The position numbers and the translations under genes were made by a program. A stretch of DNA of 64,000 bases. Source: Verrucomicrobiales bacterium. Lineage in GTDB: Bacteria; Verrucomicrobiota; Verrucomicrobiia; Limisphaerales; UBA1100. Below, one piece after another: positions 21,073 through 28,849 of this stretch (position 1 is its first letter; each line of letters starts with the position of its first letter). The notes under the pieces are model-generated. The model did not search any database, was not told the DNA's origin, and was given only the letters and a program-made list of their open reading frames with translations. The DNA is taken from positions 555-64,554 of the forward strand of contig SYLI01000048.1 of NCBI GenBank assembly GCA_005809105.1, given 5' to 3'.

Positions 21073-23555
21073 CGCGCCCCGCCGCCGCCGGTGCCGGGTG
21101 GCTTCAAGTGTTCCTCGAACCACTTGGCCATCTCCCAGGCGGCGTGCCCCACCGATTCGCGCGCGCGGTACGAGTGCGCTTCCATCGGCAGCATCACCAG
21201 CCGCGCCTTGCCGCCATTGCCCATGATCGCCTGAAAGAGCTGGCGGCTTTGGTCTGCCGACGTGGCGGCCACGGCGTCGGCCTCGCCGTGGATGAGCAGC
21301 AGCGGATCCTTGATGCGCGGCGCGTCCATGAGCGGCGACATGCGCAGGTAGGTGTCGGGCGCCTCCCAGAGCGTGCGGCGTTCATTCTGGAATCCAAAGG
21401 GTGTGAGCGTGCGATTGTAGGCGCCGCTGCGCGCGACGCCTGCGCGAAACATGCGCGTGTTGGCCATCAGGGTCACGGCGGCAAACGCGCCATAGCTGTG
21501 ACCGGCCACGCCCAGTCGCGCGGCGTCAGCAACACCCAGATCCACCACCTGATCGATCGCGCCTTCGGCCGCCTTCACAATCTGCGAGACGAACTGGTCA
21601 TTGGCCGTGCGCGGATCGCCAATCACCGGCAGCGGCATGTCCACCACCGCATAGCCCTCCAGCGCCAGCAACGCTACCGAGGAACTCCGGAAGCCCGCGA
21701 ACTGGCGCGCGTGCCCGGCGATCTGCCCCGCCAAACCACTCTCGGTGAACTCCTGCGGGTACACCCAAAGGATCGTGGCAAGGCTGCGTTTGTCGGGCGC
21801 CTGCGCGTCGTATCCGGGCGGGGTGTAGAGCGTGCACGTCAGCGGTTCCTGATCCACGTGGTAGGAAATCGTCTGCCTGCGGATTTGCCGCAGGAACGGC
21901 GTCGTGTCCTCGAAATGGGTCAGGCGGCGGGGGGACGCGGAACCGGGCTGATGAAGCAGGAAATTGGGCGGCGTCTGGGGATCCTCGTACTGGGTGATAA
22001 ACCGGCTCCCGTCGTCGGTGAGCAGCGCCACCGCCGTTTCGTATCCCTGGGCACTGCACTCAAAGAGCCGCGCACTTTGCCCGGTTTCCAAGTGATACCG
22101 ATCCAGGAAGGGGCGCTCGCCAGCCGGCGAAGCCCCCGCGCCGTTGAGGAAGATCGCCCCCTGATGTACGCGCATGGCCCGATGCCCGCTGGGAAGCTGG
22201 CGAAGCACCGGATAGCCGGGATGCTTGTAGCGCTCCTGAGTGGGCAGCTCCCACAGCTTGCGCTGGGACGCCCCACCGGCCGACGGGTTGACATGCCAGA
22301 CGGTGTGGAGGTTTTGCGCGCTGTCAAATTCCCGAACCAGCAGCACCCCGGGATCCTCCCCCCACCACAGTTGCGAGAATCGCTGCGAGAGCCGCGCCAC
22401 CTCCTTGATCACGGGCTTGGTCGCCTTGTCGCCGGGCAGTTCCAGCATCTTGATGCTGTCGCGATGGGGGACGTTTCGGGAGGGATCCCCGCCATCGAGC
22501 GCCTCCACCCACACCAGCGTGTCAGGCGCCGTAGGGCGCCAGTGGTGCTCGCGAGGCCGGCTCTCCACGCTGCCCAGAGGCGTGGTCTCGGGCGAGGGTA
22601 GTACCGAAATGCTCTGCACCCGGGCGTTGAGATCCCACAACTCGACACTGCGCGCAAAGAACCGCGTGGGCCCGCGCAGCAGGAAGGGCGGGTAAAGCCG
22701 CTCCACAAGGATGTGACGGCCCTGCGGCGACACCCGGAAATTGGAGATGATCCGTGGCGAGGGCGCCGCGTTGGTGCCGGGAGCAGGTCCGTGCAGCTGC
22801 GTGCGCTTGCCCGTGGCAGGGTCCACAATTTCCAGTTCCGACTGGCAGTAATGGATGAACAGGTCGGCCTCATGCGCGTCCTTCAACGACTCGACGTAAA
22901 GGCTGTAGGGCACCTTCTTGGGGCGCGTGTCATCCGCGAGAGGCCCGGTGGCCGGATGGGGCCGGCTGGGCGGCTGACCCCGCGCCGCTGGCACGGTCTG
23001 GCAGAGCAGCGTGTTGCCAGGCATCCATTCAAACGGGCGGCCTATGGTGGCGTTGATCTTGACGCCGGGCATCTGTCGTGGCTGCGCCTCTGTGGGGCGC
23101 CCCACCCACAATTCCACCGCGCTCGCGCCATAGCGGAGGAAGGCGAAGTACTGCCCGTTGGGCGACCACACCGGCAGGCTCAAGCGATGCGGGCCGCCGG
23201 CCAAGCGCAGCGTGAGCGTGGCATTGCGCTCCAGATTCTTTACCTGCAGCTCATCAAAGTGCGTGGGCAGCCAGGGCCCGCTGTTGGAGGGGTCGATGCG
23301 CAATCCCGCCAGCGAGAGCGACGGCGCGGCCAGATCCTTGATGTTCACATAGTGCTGGCTGTGCGCCATGAGCAGGTTCTGGTGGTCGGGGCTGAGCGAC
23401 ACACGGGGCTGCGGGCGTGCCTGGATGAATTGGCGCACTAAGTCCGAGGGCTGCTTGTACTCGGCCTGCGCCCAAAGCGTCCCCACCCAGAACGCGCAGA
23501 CCAGCAAGCCCCGCCATTGTGGCCTTACGCCCCCGCAATGTGCCCCCTTCATCAT
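21069..23555 (-). CDS. S9 prolyl-oligopeptidase-family serine peptidase with N-terminal beta-propeller
   Basis: C-terminal catalytic domain: GVAGHSYGAF (GxSxG), LLLIHGEADA, MEAHSY. The signal peptide starts at the MM codons at 23555. The upstream part of the track ORF is unlikely to be coding. Confidence 0.85.
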   Translation of the reverse strand: MMKGAHCGGVRPQWRGLLVCAFWVGTLWAQAEYKQPSDLVRQFIQARPQPRVSLSPDHQNLLMAHSQHYVNIKDLAAPSLSLAGLRIDPSNSGPWLPTHFDELQVKNLERNATLTLRLAGGPHRLSLPVWSPNGQYFAFLRYGASAVELWVGRPTEAQPRQMPGVKINATIGRPFEWMPGNTLLCQTVPAARGQPPSRPHPATGPLADDTRPKKVPYSLYVESLKDAHEADLFIHYCQSELEIVDPATGKRTQLHGPAPGTNAAPSPRIISNFRVSPQGRHILVERLYPPFLLRGPTRFFARSVELWDLNARVQSISVLPSPETTPLGSVESRPREHHWRPTAPDTLVWVEALDGGDPSRNVPHRDSIKMLELPGDKATKPVIKEVARLSQRFSQLWWGEDPGVLLVREFDSAQNLHTVWHVNPSAGGASQRKLWELPTQERYKHPGYPVLRQLPSGHRAMRVHQGAIFLNGAGASPAGERPFLDRYHLETGQSARLFECSAQGYETAVALLTDDGSRFITQYEDPQTPPNFLLHQPGSASPRRLTHFEDTTPFLRQIRRQTISYHVDQEPLTCTLYTPPGYDAQAPDKRSLATILWVYPQEFTESGLAGQIAGHARQFAGFRSSSVALLALEGYAVVDMPLPVIGDPRTANDQFVSQIVKAAEGAIDQVVDLGVADAARLGVAGHSYGAFAAVTLMANTRMFRAGVARSGAYNRTLTPFGFQNERRTLWEAPDTYLRMSPLMDAPRIKDPLLLIHGEADAVAATSADQSRQLFQAIMGNGGKARLVMLPMEAHSYRARESVGHAAWEMAKWFEEHLKPPGTGGGGAR

Positions 23556-23643
23556 GCCTGCGCACACTGGCAGAAGGCTCGGGGTGTCGCAAGTGCAAGA
23601 AAGCCCCTTCCAGCCGCCTACATCGGCTGCTATTTTTTTCGTG

Positions 23644-24846
23644 ATGCGCCGCGCACGTTTGATTCTCTGGATGCTCATGGCCGCAGGCGCGCTGGCCGGG
23701 TGCGTGGCCGGCCCGGGAGTGCGCCTCTCATCGCGGCAGGCGGCCGCTTTCCGTCCCGAAAAGCTGCGCGAGATGGGAGCCGCCATTGAGGCCGCGACGC
23801 GGGAAGGGCTGCTGCCCGGCGGCGTACTCTGGCTGGAGCATCGCGGCGTGGAGTTTCACGGGGCCTACGGCCGCCGTGCGCTGGTGCCGCGCGCGCTTCC
23901 CGCGCACGGCGACACGATTTATGATGTGGCCTCGCTGACCAAGGTGCTGGCCACCGCGCCCTCCATCGTCCTGCTCGCCGAACGAGGCCACGTGGACCTT
24001 GCCGCGCCCGTGAAGAATTATTTGCCGGAGTTCGCAGGCCCGCAACGCGATGCCATTACGGTCCGGCACCTGCTCACGCACACCAGCGGGCTGCGCCCGG
24101 GAATTGCGCTCACCGGCTGGACGAACGCCGCAGGAGCCATCACGGCTGCATGTTCGGAGATTCCCCGCAGCGCGCCCGACGCGCAGTTTGTGTACAGCGA
24201 CATCAACTACATCCTGCTGGGCGAAATCGTGCGGCGTGGGTCGGGCGTGTCGCTCGACGAGTTCACGCGCCGGGAATTTTACGGCCCCTTGGGCATGGAG
24301 GACACCGGGTTCTTGCCGGCGGAGCGCATCGGGCCGCGCGTCGCGCCCACGACGGTCTCGGGCGGGGGGGTGTTGCGCGGCGTGGTGCATGATCCGACGG
24401 CGCGGCAGATGGGAGGCGTGGCTGGGCACGCCGGGCTTTTTTCCACGGCGCCGGACATCGCGCGCTTTGCCCGCATGCTGGTGGGGCAGGGCGAATTGGA
24501 CGGCGTGAGGGTGTTCCAACCCGAGAGCGTGCGGCGCATGACCTCCGTGCAGACACCGGCGACACTGGCAGCGCGCAGGGGCCTGGGTTGGGACGTGGAC
24601 ACGGGCTACAGCGCACCGCGCGGCGAACTCTTTCCCAAGGGCTCCTACGGCCACACGGGGTGGACGGGGACTTCGCTGTGGATCGATCCGGCGTCGCAGT
24701 CCTTCGTGGTGTTCCTTTGCAACCGCAACCATCCCAAAGAAGGAACGAGCGTCACGGCACTGCGGCGGCAACTGGGCACGCTGGGCGCAGCGGCTTTGCG
24801 CGGCGCGGATTTTAACGGGACGGCTGCGGAACCGGCGCGGCCGTGA
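23644..24846 (+). CDS. beta-lactamase-family serine hydrolase (class C/PBP-like), lipoprotein signal
   Basis: Leader MRRARLILWMLMAAGALAGC. SxxK motif in DVASLTKVLAT, YSDINY (YxN), HTGWTG. Confidence 0.85.
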   Translation: MRRARLILWMLMAAGALAGCVAGPGVRLSSRQAAAFRPEKLREMGAAIEAATREGLLPGGVLWLEHRGVEFHGAYGRRALVPRALPAHGDTIYDVASLTKVLATAPSIVLLAERGHVDLAAPVKNYLPEFAGPQRDAITVRHLLTHTSGLRPGIALTGWTNAAGAITAACSEIPRSAPDAQFVYSDINYILLGEIVRRGSGVSLDEFTRREFYGPLGMEDTGFLPAERIGPRVAPTTVSGGGVLRGVVHDPTARQMGGVAGHAGLFSTAPDIARFARMLVGQGELDGVRVFQPESVRRMTSVQTPATLAARRGLGWDVDTGYSAPRGELFPKGSYGHTGWTGTSLWIDPASQSFVVFLCNRNHPKEGTSVTALRRQLGTLGAAALRGADFNGTAAEPARP

Positions 24847-24851
24847 CGATT

Positions 24852-25352
24852 CTAGCGCCGGCGCATGGGCCAGTGGCGCTTGTCGACGGGAGCCAGTCGT
24901 AGCGTGGTGTCGCGCCGCCAGTCGTGGGCGACGCGGTTGATGTAGAGTGCGGCCGGGAGCAGTTCCACCTCGTGGCGCGGGGCGGCGGCGTTGGTTCCTT
25001 GGGGGAACAGGTCGAAAGTCACCACGCCGGGCAGGTACATGAGGTCGTGATAAATCCACCGCCCGAAGGGCACCGGCGCAGGCACGGCCTGTACGTCTGC
25101 GAACCGCAGGGTCACAGGCCTAAACTGAGAGGGCAGGGACTCGCCGGCAAATTCCAGCGTGTGTTGGGCAATGCCCAGCGCGGGCTGCGCGATGACCAGC
25201 ATGGGTTCACCCGCCAGGTTGGTGGTGAACTGCACCTCCCACGGCCCACGGCCGACGCGCAGGCGTCCATCGCCGTAGTAAAGCAGCCCGTACATCGCCA
25301 GCGCGATGAGGAACGTGCCGGCGACAAACCCAATGGCGGCTCTGGATTTCAC
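24852..25352 (-). CDS. hypothetical membrane-anchored protein
   Basis: 166-aa ORF with a GTG start and N-terminal TM AAIGFVAGTFLIALAMYGLLYY. No family recognised. Confidence 0.45.
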   Translation of the reverse strand: MKSRAAIGFVAGTFLIALAMYGLLYYGDGRLRVGRGPWEVQFTTNLAGEPMLVIAQPALGIAQHTLEFAGESLPSQFRPVTLRFADVQAVPAPVPFGRWIYHDLMYLPGVVTFDLFPQGTNAAAPRHEVELLPAALYINRVAHDWRRDTTLRLAPVDKRHWPMRRR

Positions 25353-25377
25353 GGGGTGGAGATGGGCCGCAGGGGGG

Positions 25378-25453
25378 TGGAGCCAGTTGTCGGACTTGAA
25401 CCGACGACCTGATGATTACAAATCATCTGCTCTACCAACTGAGCTAAACTGGC
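25378..25453 (-). tRNA. tRNA-Thr (anticodon UGU), CCA encoded
   Basis: The reverse complement folds as a cloverleaf: acceptor GCCAGTT/AACTGGC, D stem GCTC/GAGC, anticodon stem GATGA/TCATC with loop TTTGTAA, T stem GTCGG/CCGAC with loop TTCAAGT, discriminator T plus CCA. Confidence 0.95.
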
Positions 25454-25494
25454 ACCTCGCCGGATTGATAACACGACTTCCAAAGAGTCGGCAG

Positions 25495-25530
25495 CAAAAA
25501 AGCCCCGCGTGGCGGGGAGGCGCCCTCCTC
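25495..25530 (-). terminator. rho-independent terminator downstream of the porin gene
   Basis: The minus strand reads GGAGGGCGCCTCC then CCCCGCCACGCGGGG followed by CTTTTTTGC. Confidence 0.6.
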
Positions 25531-25553
25531 GCAAGGGGCTTCTGCTAGCCTGG

Positions 25554-26816
25554 CTAGAATTTCCAGATGAGGTCGAACTGCGCCCGGGTGGTGGGGTGCC
25601 CGTTGGTGCCGATGGCTTCGGCACGGTAGAACGTCGAGGCGAGGGTCCACGCGTCAGCAAGCTGGTACTGAAACCTGAGGAGGTGTCCACGGACATTGGT
25701 GCCGGCTTTGTAATCGCTCGTGGTGCCGCCCACGCCGTAGGCACCGAAATCAGAGTCTGCCCATCGGTCGTACAACGCGTCAGCCTGCAGCTCGCGAAAC
25801 TGCCAGCCCACCTCCCATGTGCCCGCGCGGTTGGCCTTGCCCAGCGTGACACCCACCATGAACCCGTCGTTCTTTTCGGAGGCACCCGGATTGTGGATCA
25901 GCACACCACCGAGGGTGATCGGGAACGCCCCCACCATGTAAGTCAGAGAGCCATCAGCGATGAGCGGATTCATCGCGTGCAGGGGCGCGTTGTTGGAATA
26001 GGTGTTTCCGCGATTCTCGTAGAGGCCCAGCGCCGCGATCGTCTGGCGGTTCCAGAGGCTGTAAGTGCCCAATCCCAGATTGGCATCGAAGCGCGAGGTC
26101 AACTTGCTGCTGAGCGTGGCTTGAATCAGACCCGCATAAGCATCCCGTGCGTACGTCTTGCTCTCAGCAATCACCAGCACCGCGGCGTTGAGGCCCACCT
26201 GCGTGGAGTCGCTCAGGCTGTGGACGTAGTTCAGGCCCAGCCCTTCGGGGTTCAGATCGCCGTCCATGATGGCCCCTTCAAAGGCGGGGCCGAACTTCAT
26301 GGGGTTGGGCATCTTGCCCATGCTAAGCTTGAGCGCCTTCCTTGGGGTCCACAAAACGTACGCTTGGTCGATGTTGACGGGATCGCGAAGGCCGTCATCT
26401 CCCAAATTCTCATTGGTGGAGATGGGGTCGGTGTCGCTGCCCGAAGCCAGCCGGAATCCCACCGTCCACGATTCGGTGAGCGTGGCCACGATGCCATAGC
26501 GCAGCCGGTAACGGAACAACTCGCGCCCCGGGGTGCCGGCACCGTTGGAGCCCACGTACTGCGCGCGCAGGCGCAGATCGCCCTGCAGGTTCAGTCTCTT
26601 GACCCAGCTGGGAAGGTCTGATGGCGCCTGTTGCAAGAGGGTGCGCTGTTCCTGCACCTGCTGCTTGAGCAAGGCGTCGGCTTCCTGACGTGTCAGGATG
26701 CCCTTCTCGACCAGCTTCTGCAGGAGCAACTGGGAATCCTGCGCGGGCAGGGAGCCAGTCGCCAGCATCGCGGTCGCCGCGGCGAGGACGAGGAAGGGGC
26801 GTGGGATGATTCTCAT
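25554..26816 (-). CDS. outer-membrane porin (PVC 'putative porin' type) with N-terminal coiled-coil
   Basis: Signal peptide from ATG 26816 (MRIIPRPFLVLAAATAMLATGSLPAQ). Coiled-coil segment LLLQKLVEKGILTRQEADALLKQ, alternating beta-strand pattern, C-terminal ...DLIWKF. Confidence 0.6.
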   Translation of the reverse strand: MRIIPRPFLVLAAATAMLATGSLPAQDSQLLLQKLVEKGILTRQEADALLKQQVQEQRTLLQQAPSDLPSWVKRLNLQGDLRLRAQYVGSNGAGTPGRELFRYRLRYGIVATLTESWTVGFRLASGSDTDPISTNENLGDDGLRDPVNIDQAYVLWTPRKALKLSMGKMPNPMKFGPAFEGAIMDGDLNPEGLGLNYVHSLSDSTQVGLNAAVLVIAESKTYARDAYAGLIQATLSSKLTSRFDANLGLGTYSLWNRQTIAALGLYENRGNTYSNNAPLHAMNPLIADGSLTYMVGAFPITLGGVLIHNPGASEKNDGFMVGVTLGKANRAGTWEVGWQFRELQADALYDRWADSDFGAYGVGGTTSDYKAGTNVRGHLLRFQYQLADAWTLASTFYRAEAIGTNGHPTTRAQFDLIWKF

Positions 26817-26874
26817 GGAAAGGACGGACACTCTAGCCAAGCCGGCCTTCCTTGCAAGGACAAATCCCACGAAA

Positions 26875-28773
26875 TCACTTGGGTGCGGGTGATGCGTCCG
26901 CCGTCATGAGATGCGCGAGCAAATCCAGCACGTCCTCGCGCGACATGGTGTTGAGCAGTCCCGCCGGCATCACCGAGAGCACCGAGGCGCGTCGCGACTT
27001 GATTTGATTTTTGGGCACCACCTTCACCTGCGCTTCGCCCGGCCCTGACCGGACGGTGACGCTCGCCGCGTCTTCCTTGAGAATGATGCCGCTGAGCGAC
27101 TCGTCGTCGCTGAGTTCAAAGTTGTAGTTGCGGAACTTCTCGTCGATGAACTTCGAGGGATCGAGGATTTCCGTCAGCAGCGCGCCCGCGTTGCCCTGAT
27201 GACGCCGCAGGGCTTCGCCGATGCTCGGGCCAAAGGCCACGCCCTCGCCGCCCAGCTGGTGGCACGAGGCACAGGCGGCCTTGGCAAACACCTCCTTGCC
27301 CCGCGCACGGTTGCCCGCGGGAGGCGTGCGCGCCAGGTCCGCCGCAAAATCCGCCAGCGTCCATTCGGTGATCTTGACCTCCGAGGTGCCTTGCGGATGC
27401 TGCACCAGGTACGATTCCAGATCCGCCACCACCTTGAGCGTCCCGCGCATCCGCTGCCCGTGCCCGGGAAACGTGCAGAGGAAGGGGTAATCGCCCGGCT
27501 CTTTGGGCGCAGTGAACGGCAGGCGCACTCGTTCGCCCGCGTTGAGCATGCGCGTGGCCTGCAACACCTGTGGCGAAGCGGGCACATGGACGCGACCCAG
27601 CGCGTCGGGCTGGGCGGCCATCGCTTCGGCAGCCGTGGCGATGGCATCGGCCGCGCCCAAGGCCACGAGCACCCAGTTGTGCGGCATGGCGTCGGTGTTC
27701 TCAAAAACCAGTTCCACCGGCTTGCCCGCTTCCGCAAGAAGGAGGGTTTTATCGAAGTACATCTGTTCGTGCAGCGAGCGCAGCCGCAGTACATTCACCC
27801 CCAGCGACACGAACGCCCGTCGCAGCGGCGCGCCCTTTTCCCGTGGCAGTCTCGCCGCCAGTTCGGTTCCCAATTGCGCGATGTCGAGGTAGTCGTCCTC
27901 GGTCCGGCGCGGCGCGGGGATGGAGCGCGCCTGATCGAGCAGCGCATTGCAGAGCCGCGGCACATCCACATCGGGCCAGCGCTCACGGGGGATGCGAGAG
28001 AGGGCGCGAGCGCAATGGGCCGCCTCCGCGCCACGGGCGATCAGCACCGACAGGGCGGCGATGGTGGCGGCCTCGTGGCCGGGCATGTGGGCTGCGGCGG
28101 CGATGGCGGCGCGGCGGGGGCCGGCCGGGGCGCCGGGCTGGAGCAGGGGCAGCAGCCTGGGAAAGTAGGCGGCGCGGGCGGCGGCCTGGGGCACCAGCGG
28201 CAACACGGAGATCAGGTGTTCCACTCCTTGGGATCGTTCTGCAAGGCTCCATGTGGCATCGGCGGGCTGGGTCGCCGCCAGGGCGGCGCATGCGGCGCGG
28301 CGGACACCCACAGGGTTGTCGCCTGAAAAAAGTTCACGCAGCGAAGGCTCCTGCCGCTTCAAATCGGCGGCGGGCTGGGAAAGCAAAAGGCGGGTGAGGC
28401 CCGGCGCAAGGTCGGCCTTCTCGGCGGGCAATTGCCGGATGACCGCGAGGATTTCGGTGGCGGCGTCGCTCTTGCGGATTCGCGCGAGTGCGGAAATCGC
28501 CTCCTCCCTGCGCGGCGCGGGCAGCGCCGGGCGCAGCAGGATGGCCTCGTACACGGGAATGAACTTGGGGTGCGTTGGCTCGCGGTCCACCAGCAGCAGT
28601 TGGGCGTCGGAAAGGCGCGCGAGCTGGAAGGCGACAATGCGCGGGCTCTTGTCGAGAAAGACGACCGGCTTCTCAACCCCCCCGGCGGCGGCGTGATGGT
28701 GCTCCTGCGCCGCGCCGGCAGCGTGAATTGCCAGCAGCACGGCGGCCGTCACCGGTGAGAATCTGCCCTTCAT
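26875..28773 (-). CDS. HEAT-repeat / cupredoxin (azurin-like) / cytochrome c fusion protein
   Basis: Signal peptide from ATG 28773. Type-1 Cu ligand set AMPHNWV ... FLCTFPGHGQRM. Haem motif CASCHQLGGEG. Confidence 0.75.
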   Translation of the reverse strand: MKGRFSPVTAAVLLAIHAAGAAQEHHHAAAGGVEKPVVFLDKSPRIVAFQLARLSDAQLLLVDREPTHPKFIPVYEAILLRPALPAPRREEAISALARIRKSDAATEILAVIRQLPAEKADLAPGLTRLLLSQPAADLKRQEPSLRELFSGDNPVGVRRAACAALAATQPADATWSLAERSQGVEHLISVLPLVPQAAARAAYFPRLLPLLQPGAPAGPRRAAIAAAAHMPGHEAATIAALSVLIARGAEAAHCARALSRIPRERWPDVDVPRLCNALLDQARSIPAPRRTEDDYLDIAQLGTELAARLPREKGAPLRRAFVSLGVNVLRLRSLHEQMYFDKTLLLAEAGKPVELVFENTDAMPHNWVLVALGAADAIATAAEAMAAQPDALGRVHVPASPQVLQATRMLNAGERVRLPFTAPKEPGDYPFLCTFPGHGQRMRGTLKVVADLESYLVQHPQGTSEVKITEWTLADFAADLARTPPAGNRARGKEVFAKAACASCHQLGGEGVAFGPSIGEALRRHQGNAGALLTEILDPSKFIDEKFRNYNFELSDDESLSGIILKEDAASVTVRSGPGEAQVKVVPKNQIKSRRASVLSVMPAGLLNTMSREDVLDLLAHLMTADASPAPK

Positions 28774-28849
28774 CCGCCGGGGTAGGGTCGCGCAATCCGC
28801 GCCGGCTGGCAATGGCGCACGCGCCCCCCGCACAATCCCAAAAGGTTCC

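Noticed and set aside
20796-22601. 601-aa + strand ORF
   Set aside because: It is antisense to the S9 peptidase gene, which has clear catalytic motifs. The ORF has an Arg/Gly/Ala-rich shadow composition and overlaps the real isomerase 3' end out of frame.
25378-25453. tRNA-Thr as an integration hotspot for a genomic island
   Set aside because: There is no integrase, no duplicated tRNA 3' segment and no compositional shift on either side. The flanking genes look native.
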